DNA from: Mobula hypostoma
Taxonomy: Eukaryota
DNA: 64,000 nucleotides
Direction of reading: 5' to 3'
Assembly: GCF_963921235.1 (NCBI RefSeq)
Contig: NC_086097.1
Location: forward strand, 153,390,001 to 153,454,000
This document shows, piece by piece, positions 25,200 to 37,790 of this stretch. The notes beneath the pieces are model-generated. The model was not told where the DNA came from. It did not search any database and was given only the letters and a program-made list of their open reading frames with translations. Each line of letters starts with the position of its first letter. The first letter of the stretch is position 1. The position numbers and the translations under genes are program-made.

Positions 25200-28100
25200 A
25201 TGCAAACTGAATTGGTAAAAATAATTTCCTATAATGTTAATGGGGTTTTGAATCCAATTAAAAGAAATAAGATTATGTCTAAATTGAAAAAAGAGAGGGC
25301 ACAAATAGCTTTCCTCCAGGAAACACATATGAGCCAATCTGAACATGGAAAATTAAAAAGAATGGGCTTTAAGCATGTATTTTATTCATCATATAAATTG
25401 AGTCACAAAAGAGGGGTAGCTACTTTAATATCAAGTACTCTTAATTATGAACATATTTCAGAGACTAGAGACAAAGAAGGACGGTTTGTAAAAATCACAG
25501 GAAGAATAGAAGGTACAGAAATAACATTGCTGAATGTTTATGCTCCTCCAGGTAGTGAATGGTCATTTTATAGACACATTTTTGACCTAATGGTCAGTTC
25601 TCGAGGGGTAGTAATTTGTGGAGGGGATTTTAATATTAGATTAAATCCTATATTAGATTCTTCAAGAATAGTTACTCAGAATAAACCTCTGACTCAGAAA
25701 GTGAATTCATTGATGGAGGAGTTGGGAATTATAGATGTCTGGAGGGAATTACACCCTACTAGTAAAGATTATACATATTACTCTTTCCCTCATTCAGCCT
25801 ATTCAAGGATAGACTATTTCTTTATCTTTAATACAGATAGACTCAGGATAAAAAACTGTAATATTGCAACAATTGATCTGTCGGATCATAGCCCAGTCTC
25901 TATGTCTCTAATCCTGGAAAGGAAAATGGGGAAAACACTATGGAGGCTAAACTCACATATACTTAATAACCCAAAAGTAATGCAGAGATTAAGGGGAGAA
26001 ATCAAAGAATATCTAGACCTTAATGACACGGGAGAAACATCACCAGTGATTTTATGGGATACATTGAAAGCTGTACTGAGAGGGAAAATTATTTCCATTA
26101 CTACTCACATGAAAAAAATCAATGCACAAAAATTAGCAGACCTTCAAGGAAAATTAAAACAACTTCAAGTTGGGGATAGCAACAAAAGTAATTCAAATCG
26201 AAAACAGGAAATTAGGAAATTGCAAAGTGAAATTGATGATATTTATACGTTGGAAACTCAAAGAAATTTTCTTTACCTGAGACAAAAGAATTATGAAGTA
26301 GGAGGTAAATCAGCTAGATTATTAGCATATAAATTACGAAAACAACAAGCAGACAATACAATTCATAAAATAAAGAATCCAAAGACAAAGCTTGTGGAGA
26401 GTACAATAGGGAAAATTCAAGAGAGTTTTGAAACGTATTATCGAGAGCTGTACTCCCAACCCCGGGCCCCCAATGAGCCCTATATAGACAGTGTATTGAA
26501 TTTTTTAGATCTACCTAAACTTACAGATTTACAAAATGAAAGTTTATTAGAACCAGTAACTGTCAAAGAACTGAACGTGGCCATCTCTAGGTTAAAGGCT
26601 GGAAAGTCCCCGGGTTCTGATGGGTTTACCTCAGAGTGGTACAAGTCCCTGAAGACACAGTTAGCCCCATTACTACTTGACACCTTTAATTGGATCTTGC
26701 AGAGAGGAGAAACTCCACCTTCCTGGAGAGAAGCGATTATTTCAGTTATTCCTAAAGAGGGTAAAGATAAACTAGAATGTGGCAATTATCGGCCAATTAG
26801 TGTTCTTAATTTAGAGTACAAACTATTTACATCTATATTAACGCGCAGATTGGAAAAGCTTTTACCTGGCCTAATCCATTTAGACCAGACTGGATTTATT
26901 CAACAAAGACAAACACAGGACAACATAAGGAGAACTCTGCACATATTAGAACAGGTTAATAAGAACGAGACAGAGACAATGGTAGTAGGATTGGACGCTG
27001 AGAAAGATTTTGATTCGGTTAGTTGGGCATTCCTATACAGAGTGTTAGGAAGATTCGGCTTTCAAGAAAGGTTTATTAAAGTAATTCAGACTCTGTATGA
27101 CAGCCCAACAGCCCGAATTAAGATAAATGGGGACCTCTCTGACTCCTTCATTTTAGAGAGAGGCACTAGACAGGGATGCCCAATTTCTCCTCTCCTTTTT
27201 GCGCTATATATTGGACCACTTGCCCAACTAATAAGACAGAGCGAAATCGTAAAAGGTATCAAGGTGGCAGGGATTGAACAGAAAGTGGCGTTATTCGCAG
27301 ATGATGTTTTGGTCTATCTGAGTGAACCAGAAAAATCATTTATAGGATTGTTTACTTGTTGGATGACTTTGGGAAAATATCAGGTTATAAAATAAATGTA
27401 AAGAAAATGCAGGTTATGTCCCTAAATTATACACCATCCAAAAAATTGCAGGATACATACGATCTTAAGTGGGAAGCTAAATCATTAAAATATTTAGGAA
27501 TAACCCCGCCGAAGGATCTTTCAACACTGTCACAGGTAAATTATGGGCCATTAATCTCAGAGATAAAAGCAGATATGCATAGATGGAATCTTATCCCCTT
27601 TTTAAGTTTAAATTCAATGATAAATACTATAAAAATGAATATTCTTCCTCGGTTATTATATCTTTTCCATACTTTACCAGTGGAGGTGGATGATAATCAA
27701 TTCAGGGAATGGGACAAATGGATTTCCCGCTTCATTTGGCAAGGAAGGAAACCTAGAATTCGATATAACACCTTACAGTTAGGGAAGGAAAGAGGAGGTA
27801 TGGTTCTTCCTTGCCTGAGAAATTATTTTTATGCCTCACAGATAACCCCTCTGTTATATTGGTGTAATAGGGAATATAAGGCTAGATGGAAGGAAATAGA
27901 ATTTGGATTAGTTGACAGTTTTCCTCTTCAGGCCTCAATAGCTGACAAAGGATTGATGGGCCAGTTGGAAAAATTTAATAATGCTTGGATAAATCTTACA
28001 TTAAAAGTATGGCAGAAGGTGGTTAATTCATGTGGAATTAATAACATGCTAAAACTCTTTAGATGGTGTGCATATGATACCGAATTCCTTCCCAACAGAG

Positions 28101-28986
28101 GAGATAAAAGATTTGAGCTATGGATAAAGAAAGGTCTTACAACCTACCTCTCATTTATAGATAAAAGAGTATTACAAAGTTTCCAAATCCTGCAGGACAA
28201 ACATGGCCTAGAACATAATGACTTTTTTAGGTACCTTCAAATACGAAACTATGTTAACCAGAGTTGTAGATATACAGACCTATCAACAGTAGAATTAGAA
28301 TTTTTCAAGATTCTGAATTCGGCTTGCAGTTCAATACCTAGTAAATCAGTTTCTCGCCTATATAATGCACTCTCCCTTGCTAAAAATGTAAATACACTGT
28401 ATATTAAAGAGAAGTGGGAGAAAGAAGCGGGGTTGGTACTTTCAGAGGAGGCTTGGGGGAAAATCTGCAGCTTTCAATGGTCCTCGACTAATTCTTTGAC
28501 TTGGAGAGAACATTGTTGGAAAAACATTATAAGATACTTCAAGACCCCATATCAGGAAAAATATAAAGATACAAATGTGATGTGTTGGAGAAGGTGCGGC
28601 TCCAAGGAGGCAAATCATTTTCATATTTTCTGGGGTTGCCCTAAATTAAGTCTATTTTGGGAAGGTATTCATAGAACATTAGTTAAGGTACTTAGGTCCC
28701 AGATACCTCTGAACTTTGAGACGCTCTATTTGTGGCATGTATTGTTCCTTGAACAGAAGGAAGATATAAAGTTGCTGCAGGCCCTCTTAGCGGCAAGTAA
28801 GAAATCAATCACTAGAAAATGGCTAAATCCAATACCACCTACATTAAAGATTGGTACGAAATTATCTTGGAAATATTTAAAATGGAAAAGTTGACCTACT
28901 CCCTGAGAACTCAAAAAGAAACATTTTATCAAATCTGGAATAAATGGATTGAATATATAACCCCAATGCGAGCAGACTTTAGATGA
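25200..28986 (+). pseudogene. L1 ORF2p (APE, RT, CCHC knuckle) with two single-base frameshifts
   Basis: SYNVNG, LQETH, GGDFN, SRIDY, SDH, KSPGSDG, GTRQGCPISP, FADD, CWRRC…HIFWGC. Frameshifts at ~27355 and ~28846. Confidence 0.95.
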
Positions 28987-30000
28987 CTCTCCTAATGATT
29001 TATATTGCTCTTCTCATCAACACAGTAATATTGCTAACGTAAGCACCCCTAGTCTAAATGTTTGTTGTTTTTTTTTGGAAAACAGAGAATTAACACAAGT
29101 AAAGGGAAAGATTTGGGAAAGGGATAAAAAAAATGAAAAAATTAAGTAAATAAGTACATAGGGATTGGATAATTATGTCTGCGGGCAGGAACAAGCACGA
29201 ACAAATTGGGATATAAACACCTACAATGGTTGGTATATAGGCTTGTATGCAACCTTTTGGACCAGTGGAAATGGTCCAGAAGGGTTGTATGGAAACTATT
29301 ATTACCATTTTTCTTAACAACTAATTTCATTACTTAGCCTAATAGGTTAGATTTACCACAGTACATAATTATCTATTTAAATGTTTATTTTGCTTTTATA
29401 TCATCTCAATGTGTACTTAAGAATGTATAAATAATTGTAGTTTTATACATATAAAAAAATGGAAAAGGTTATATGTGTGAAAAAAGTACATGATAATTGT
29501 GAACTCCTTATCCAAATAAAAATAAAATTTAAAAAAAAAAGAGATTACAGGAAAAACAACTGGAATTAATCCTCAACCTTTGGTTTATGCGATGGACTAC
29601 TCATTCGTCTGCAACTTGTTGGCATATTCTTCTAGTTCATAAGAATTGTACCTGTCTTTGTAAATCCTTTGTAGTTTCTAAATCTTGTAACTCAGTGTAA
29701 AATGTGCATTAAGAATTATTTGTATGCAGTATATTTAAATGTGTATCATTAAATATAAAATAACTGTATTTGAACTACTTCATGAGCTGGAAGTATTTCC
29801 TCCTTGGTAGAGAGGAGGACCCATCACTCAAGCAGTGTGTATTGGCAGCTAAGCCTTACCACAGAGGATAGACAGGAAAGAAAGTTAGTCTTTGAGGAGA
29901 AGGTCAATACAATGTAACCACTCTATCTATATCGGATAGGGCTTAAATCCCTCTTTAGAATTTAGTGCTTTGCAGTCAGGGGACGCAATACCACACAACC

Positions 30001-30140
30001 CTTCCTGATGAAGGGTCTTAGCCCAAAACTTCGACTGTTTACTCTTTTCCATAGATACTGCCTGGCCTGCTGAGTTCCTCCAGCATTTTGTGTAGGTTGC
30101 TTGGATTTCTAGCATCTGCATATTTTCTCACGTTTGTGAC
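30001..30140 (+). mobile_element. Short PLE-derived element with mutated hammerhead
   Basis: CTGATGAAGGGTCTTAGCCCAAAACTTCGACTG…GCTGAGTTCCTCCAGCA…; homologous to 55579-55717. Confidence 0.8.
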
Positions 30141-30740
30141 CTTCACAACAGTGAATTCTCTTTTATTAGGATGAATCCCATTCAGTGCTGTTGAAATGTT
30201 GCATTTGATGTTGTCTATTTTGCTTGTTCCCATGTTCTCTGGTCTTGCTGTGTGCATTTTTTTCACTTCTTTTTTGGACTTCCCTAGGACTGTAAAATAT
30301 ATAGTGAGCTCGAATGGAGAAAGAAAAGTAGTGGAACTAATCTTGTCGAATGGAACAGGCAAGTGAGGGGAATCAAAAACTAGAGAATATGGATTATTTT
30401 AAGGTGGGTGGGGGACTGTTTCATTGGGAGGATAGTTGAAATCGAGAACGTATTGTCTAAGGGAATAACGGAAACAGGCTCTCCAAGAATATTTTTTTAA
30501 AAATCAGAGTGTTGAGAAATGGAATTGGTGAAGCTGGGTTCTAGATAGGCAGCAAGTATACTATGGACTGAAAGGCCTGTTTCCATGCTGTGTAACCACA
30601 TGACTTAGTAACTATTTGAATCTTTGACTCTACATGGACTCATCACATTAATATCTGCCCTATAAGAAATCTATTCAATGAGTCTGGTTGCCCCATTTTG
30701 TTTCTGTAGTGTAGTAGCTTCCTTTTCGTATAGACATATC

Positions 30741-30990
30741 AAAACACAAGAGATCGTAAATATTGGAATCTGGAACTAAAGGATACTGCTGAAGGAATTC
30801 AGCAGAAAATGCAGGATCAGTGGAGTCAAATGGACAGTTGATGTTTCTGGTCAAGAACCTTCATTTGGACTGAAAGATAGAGGGAATTTAGCCGATACAA
30901 CAAAATGGAGGAAAAGGCTGGCACAAGAGCTGGAAAATGAAAGGTGAAGAGTGGTGATAGGCAGTTGGAGGAAGGAAGAGTGAGTGGAAA
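30741..30990 (-). mobile_element. Decayed PLE 3' end with hammerhead remnant
   Basis: Minus strand reads AGTCCAAATGAAGGTTCTTGACCAGAAACATCAACTG, with a purine-rich + strand flank. Confidence 0.6.
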
Positions 30991-32302
30991 TAGCTTCCTT
31001 TGTGTACATACACTTCACTTCTGCAAGTTATGGTTGAGCATGCATTTGTAATCCACTCAGGAAATGCAATCCTGACTATAACAACTGATTAGCTTGTCCA
31101 TCAAGTTTTATTTTTCATGTTCGAATAAAACCATTATCAACCTCAGCCTTACCAAATGTATATAAATACCATCTCTGAACATTTTTTCCAATAATTTTTA
31201 CCACTGGTTTAAGATCCATTACCCTGGAATATTCCTGCTGGACATCTTAAATAAGAGTCTGCACTTCTTGAATAAAGGTAGCATATTTGCTACTGGCCAG
31301 GAGAGAAAAATATTTCCATCAGGGGCCAAGCACTTTCCTTGCCTCCCTAAAAAATGGGATATCACTAAATGAGCTTTGGGAGATATATCAACAGTTATAC
31401 TTGCTAATTCATCCAATACGCCGTCCTTTTTAATTTTAACATGCTTTAAAGTGTCACTGTGCCAATGAAATCTTATCAACTTTAAGATTTATAAACCTTC
31501 AATAATATTTGATTTCCTTGTGGGGCACTGGCGGTTTTAAGGAAACTAGGTTTTAGGACTCTGAAAGCTCTTGTTGGCTACAAAAAGACTGCTTTCTACA
31601 GGCGACAGAAGATTGAAAGCTCAGTTACACCTCTCTGGAAGAAGAACATTGTTACTTTTTCTCAATTTCATTAATTTCTTTACCAATTATGATCAGAGTT
31701 ATTGTTATTACTATTATATCTCTCAACTTTTCTACAACCTGTACTCCAGAAAGAGCCAGTTCAAATATCTTCACTGCCAGAAGTTTTGTATGTCCCTTGC
31801 CTTAGTTGTCTTGCAATCCTCTTGGAAATATGTTTGCGTCAATTCTATATCTATATTTTATATATGACATTTTTTCATTCATTTTTGGGCTGTTGACATC
31901 TCTGTCAAAATCAGCCTTTCTTGTCCATCACAAATAGCCTTGAGAAAATGACAGTGAACAATGATTAATGTATAGCTATGTATTCCCAAGTCAGGATGAT
32001 AAATAACTTGGAGCATGTTTTAGAGCTTGCTGTCTTTTACTGTAGGTAAGTAACTGCAATATGTATTTTTGGTAAAGCAATCTATGGAGGTGGAGAAAGA
32101 GAATACTTAGGTACCAATCATGTTGTCAGCTTTGCTTTGCTTTGTTTGCTGATATAAAAGACTGTTGCTGGAACTATACTCACCCAGGCAAATGAAAAAT
32201 TCCATCACACTTCTGACTTAAACAATGAATGAGTTTTGAGGACTCAGGAAAATATTCACTTGCTACAGGATACCTATCTTTGAAATGCAAAATGCTATTG
32301 GT

Positions 32303-35020
32303 GTGCCATGGTATCCTAGTGGTTAACATGATGCTATTACAGCTCAGGATGTTAGAGTTACAAGTTCAATTCTGGTTGTCTGTAGGAAGTTTGTACATGT
32401 TTGTTGTGAGCACAAATGTTTCCCCCCACAGTTCAATGATGTACCAGGCACTAGGCAAATTAGTCACTGTAAATTGTCTTGTCGTAGTGCACATAGTGCA
32501 CATAGTGGTTCTGTCTCAGTCCTGCTCACCTGACCTGGAACATCCAGCAGTCAAATATCATCCCTTTTATCTGCTAAATGAGTTTTCTGCTATCATTCTG
32601 GTAGCAGTGAACATTCCACCTCAGGCAGGCACTGGAGGAGCTGAGCATTATAATCAGCAGGCACGAAGCAACGCACACTGATGCCTTCCCCGTCATGGCG
32701 GGATTTCAACCAAGCCAGCGTCAAGAAGTCTCTAGACAATTACCTCCAACATATCACTTGTGGAATCAATATACATGATCACTGACATACCAATATTCAA
32801 GAACACCGTCCCACAACCACACTTTGGAAAGTTCAATCACCTGGCTGTACTTCTACTCCCAGCATCTGTACTGAAATCAAAGACTGCAGTACCAGCGGTG
32901 AGGACCAAGAATGTATGGTTCAGGGATGTGGAGGAGTGCTTACAGGACTGCTTTGAGTCAATGGACTGGTCAATATTCAAAGATTCAGTTTCAGATCTGA
33001 ATGAATATGCCACACTTGTCACTGACTTCATCAGGACCTGTGTGGATGAGTGTGTCCCTTTGAGAACATACTGGACATAGTCAAATCAAAAACCATGGAC
33101 GTACCAGGAGATTCATAGTCTGCTGAAGACTAGATCTGTGGCATTCAAGACCAGTGATCCAGAACTATACAAGAAGTGCAGGTATGACCTACAGAAGGCT
33201 ATTTAAAGAACAGAAAAAAATACAATTCCACTTGGACTTAGATGCAGAATCAGATGCATGTCAGCTCTGGCAGGGTTAACAGGCCATTACTTCCCACAAA
33301 GCAAAACCTAATATCATAAATGGCAGTGATGCTTCACGCCTAGATGCTTTCTATGCACACTTTGGAAGGAAGAATAGATCTGCACCTCTGCGAATTCCTG
33401 CAGCACCTGGTGAACCTGTGATTTCTGTCTTGGAAGCATCTCTCAAGAGGGTAAATAAACCCTTGCAAGACATCCGGCCCTGATGGTGAACCTGGTAAAG
33501 CTCTAAAAACCTGTACTGACCAACGGACAGGAACATTCAAGGACATCCTCAATCCCTCTGCTGCAGTCTGAGGTTACCACCTGCTTCATAAAAGGCAACA
33601 ATTACCAGTGCCCAAGGAAGAACAGGGTGAGCTGCCTGAATGACTTTCACGTAATAGCATACATATCTACAATGTGAAGTGCTTTTGGAAGTTGGTCATG
33701 CTCCAATCAATTCCTAGACCTGTTGCAATTTGCCTATTGCGAGAATAGGTCTTCAGCAGACGCAATCTCACTTGCTCTCCAGTCAGCCTTGGACTACCTG
33801 GATGATAGTAATACCTACTGTATGTCAGGCTGCTGTTTATTGATTACTACTCCACATTCAACACAATCATACCATCATTTTGAATCAATAAGCTCCAAAC
33901 TTTGGGTCTCTGTACCTTCAGCTGCAGTTGGATCCTTGACTCCCTCATAGATAGACTACAGTCTGTGCGGATCAGAAATAACATCTCCTCCTCACTGACA
34001 AGGAACACTGGAACACCTCAAGTATTCGTGCTTAGCCCACTGTTCTGCTCTCCCTCTCTGCATCCAGAACTGTGTGGCTTGGCACAGTTCAAATACCATG
34101 CATAATTTTGTTGACAACACAACTATTGTTGGCAGAATTTCCAATGGGGACAAGGAGGCGTACAGGAGTTAAATAGATCAGCTGGTTGAGATGTGTCACA
34201 ACAACAGCCTTGCACTCAATGTCATTCAGACCAAGGAATTGATTATGGACCATGAAGTGGAACTGAGGGAACACACACCAGTCCTCATCAAAGGATGAGC
34301 AGTTTCAAGTTCGTGGGTGTCAACATTCCTGAGGATCTACCCTGGGCCCAAAATATTGATGCAATTACGAAGAAGGCATGACAGCAGTTATATTTCATTA
34401 GGAATTTAAGAAGACTCGGTATGTCACTAAAGATTCCTACAAGTTTATACAAATGTACTGCAGAGAGCATTTAATGGTCACATCACCATCTGGTATGGAG
34501 GGATTACTGCATAGGTTTGGAAAAAGCAGTGGGAAGTTGTAAACTCTGCCAGCTTCTTCCTTGTCACTAGCCTCCCAGCATCGAGGACACCTTCAAATGG
34601 TGGCATCCACCATTAAGGACCCCCTATCACACAAGACATGCCCTCTTTTCATTGCTACCATAAAGGCGGAGGTACAGGGGTCTGAAGAGATGCACTCAAC
34701 ATTTCGGCAACAGCTTTTTCCTCTCCGCCACAAGATTTCTGAATGGACAATGAATCCATGAACACTATCTCACTATTTTTTTCTCTTATTTAATTTTATA
34801 TTCTTATATATATACTTCTTGTAATTTATGTATTTTTGATTATGTTTTGCAATATAATGCAGCTGAAAAACAGCAAATTTCATGACATATGCCAGTGATA
34901 TTAAACCTGATTGTAATTCTGAATCTGGTTCTGATTAGGCTAGGGTTGAAAAGGTGAGTTGCAAGGTTGCATGGCTCACTGAGCCAGAAGGAGCTGTTCC
35001 ACACTATCTCTAAATAAAAA
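32303..35020 (+). mobile_element. tRNA-derived SINE (head 32303-32480, tail ~34935-35020) split by a Rex1 element
   Basis: A-box-like TAGTGGTTAAC and B-box-like GTTCAATTC; tail ends TATCTCTAAATAAA. Confidence 0.55.
32490..34933 (+). mobile_element. Rex1/Babar-like LINE, long degenerate copy
   Basis: VNIPPQA, PHFGKFNH, QFAYC..RS.ADAISLAL and GTPQ remnants, colinear with the copy at 2097-7560. (ATTCTG)-like tail. Confidence 0.85.
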
Positions 35021-35529
35021 AATATATATAATAATGGTAGTAAAGGAAGTGTCATTAAATATCAAGACAGTTGGACTGTTAGTCTAACACAAGAATGGTA
35101 GACTGTTGCTGGAAAACAACATTGTCTAGCACAGATGAAGCGTGAGTTTTACTTATACTGAACAGTCCATTATTGAATGTTGACTAAACCTTAAGTTGGC
35201 AAGGACTGTTTGGTTTTCTGAGGAATTATGAATGCAATTCAACCGTGGGCTGTATTTAATATCTATTGGATATTGTACAATTAGAACCACCTACTGATCA
35301 ATTATCTTAAAATTCCTGATGTATGCACATTTACATGAAGATTTTAAAATGAAAATTCTACTTTTTGTCAATATATCATAACTTTTGGACGCTCACTACA
35401 TTGATATTAATAGTCAGTATGTGGGCGTCTTTCAGGCATGATGGCATCTACAAGTTTATCAATAACAAATTACAGTCAGGTGAATTTTGATCCAAACTAC
35501 TGTACGGCTATCTGATCAGCCCTTTAGAA

Positions 35530-35920
35530 GCAGTGATGGTATCATAAGGGTTAAGTCATAGAACTGGTTCCTGGGGGACTATGCTATCGTTCCAGACCGT
35601 TGAGTTTGAATCCTACCATGCCAGCTGGGGAACTTCAATTCTAGTCATTAAATAAGTCTGGAATAAAAAAAAGACTGTGTCAGTAATGGTGGCAATGAAT
35701 CGAGGGATTGTTGTAAAAACCCATCTGGTTCCTTAATGCCCTGCAAGAAACAATATCTTCTATCCTTATTTATTCTTGGCTGCATCAAATATAGAACAGT
35801 GATCCTTGGCTACCTTCTGAAATGCCCTTGCAAGCTGCTGAATTTAAAGGCAATTAGGGATGTTTAATAAATGGTAACATTACCAATGACATCTGCATCC
35901 CATGAATGAATAAAATTAAA
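35530..35920 (+). mobile_element. Old SINE with CR1/L2-type tail
   Basis: B-box-like GTTTGAATCC; ends GCAATTAGGGATG…CATCCCATGAATGAATAAAA. The same tail occurs on the minus strand at ~63755-63820 and ~31870. Confidence 0.6.
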
Positions 35921-37399
35921 CAAAATAATGATTTTGCACTGTATCTGCATTTCACCACATTTTCCAATAACTGCAAGGTTTCCCATGACTAACCTTGCTG
36001 TTCTTTCAGTGTCAATAAATCCCTTTGCTCTAAATCTGTCAGTTTAGAGATAACATGATCTCTGTTCCACAGCAGTACAGCAGTTGAATCAGTATATCTT
36101 AATCCCCTTTCTCTTCAATGTGGCAAAACTAATTTTGTTTTGTTCACTTCTTAAAAATAGAACAGTGGCACTGAAGTTCCCAGGTTCACAATTTTCGTCA
36201 TTGATTCCATCAGTATAAGCAGAATTAATTAAGGATCCCTCATTAACAGGGAAAATGTTGTAGGCTTTGCCTAGAAGACATTTATTGTATAAAACTGTTT
36301 CCTACTTCAAAGGGATAGTATTAACTAACCCTAGCACTGGAGAAGTTCCCAACCTCCCTGCTGGCCCCACCCTTACAACCCCTGAAGATGCGAATGATCT
36401 AATGCTTGAACACGCTCAAATTACTCAAAAGAATAATTATAGAATCTATTATTCTTCCAGTTCTTCAGCGTCCAGGATGATTTATCTAATTTTCTTGAAT
36501 TTTCCTTTCAAATGGTTAAGTCCAAGAAACCGGTGGTTGGAGAATTCCCACGTCATTTGTTGCAAAATAAAAGTGCTTCTGGAAACTCTATGTAGTTTGA
36601 TTCCTGCTTTTTCAACTCAAATAAAGGAGTGAGTTTACCAATAGATTGTCAAAGACACACTCCCCCATGAATTCCAAGCCTTCTTTTCTCAATAAATGAT
36701 GTAATAGTTGTCCCATTTCCCTGGACATTTCAATTTCAATTGATATTCTTGTTCTCACTGCCTCTACTGATCCCAGGTGACACTTCCACGTCTCCTTATC
36801 TGTAACCTCACTTTTCATTCTCGGCCTTCTTTCTTTGACGTTCTTAACTCTGTTAAGTCATTGAATACCACCGTCATGCCTGAATTTCTCTGTATAGAAA
36901 CCTTGAAAATGCAGCACATAAAGCGAGTTAGCTAAAAGAAGTTGCTATCCCCATTTCCAATTTTCCAGTGTTTTTTTTCCTGATGAAACATATTGATATT
37001 AATTCCTAATTCAAAATAGCCATTTAAAAATGGTCTATTGGACTTTCCCTGATTTTGAATACATCACTTCTCTTGTCTTATTCTTACCATGTCAGAATTC
37101 AGATCACTACATCATTCCACCAATCTATGACTTTCATTTTTAAAACGTTTGAAAGCTCTGTTAAGCTACCTTCCTCATTTTCAGTGAATCTCTTCACTGT
37201 GGATGGTTCTAATATGCAGCCTAACCTTTTACAAAGATTTTTCTATAAAATAGCATTTCTTAATTCAGTCATCTAAACAACAGGCTGTCTACAAATTCAT
37301 AATGTTGCTGAAGGCAAGTAAAATATGAGTCTGTTATAACTTATTCCACCATTTGGTTAACCAATTCTTTTCTTCACAGTATAAATTTAATATAGATTT

Positions 37400-37790
37400 C
37401 CCCTTTCAGTAAACAAATTTTCCCTCCCCCTCCCCTATTCTATTCTTTACCATGGCCTCTTATTTCTTATCTACCTATCACCTCCCTCCGCGTTTCCTTC
37501 TCCTTCCCCTTCTCCCGTAGTCTACTCTCCTCTCCTATTAGAATCCTTCCTATTCAGCCCTTTACCTTTCCTACCTACTTGGCTTCACCTATCACCTTCT
37601 GCTATCCTCCTTCTCCTCTCCCCACTTTTTCTGGCATTTTATCCCCTTCATTTCCAGCCCTGAAGACAGGTCTCGGCCCAAACCGCCAAATGTTTATTCA
37701 ATTCCACGGATGCTGCCTGACCTGCTGAGTTCCTCCAGCATTTTGTGTGCATTGCTTTGGATTTCCAGCCTCTGCAGAATTTCTCGTGTT
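37400..37790 (+). mobile_element. PLE 3' UTR fragment with degenerate hammerhead
   Basis: Pyrimidine-rich UTR, then CTGAAGACAGGTCTCGGCCCAAACC…GATGCTGCCTGACCTGCTGAG. Confidence 0.75.

Larger units (their letters stand above)
23711..29540 (+). mobile_element. Full-length L1 LINE with 17-bp TSD
   Basis: GAGATTACAGGAAAAAC at 23694-23710 and 29541-29557. Short 5' UTR, ORF1, 362-bp spacer, ORF2, 3' UTR, AATAAA and poly(A). Confidence 0.97.

Noticed and set aside
32303..32380. tRNA gene
   Set aside because: Decayed SINE head; no convincing cloverleaf.
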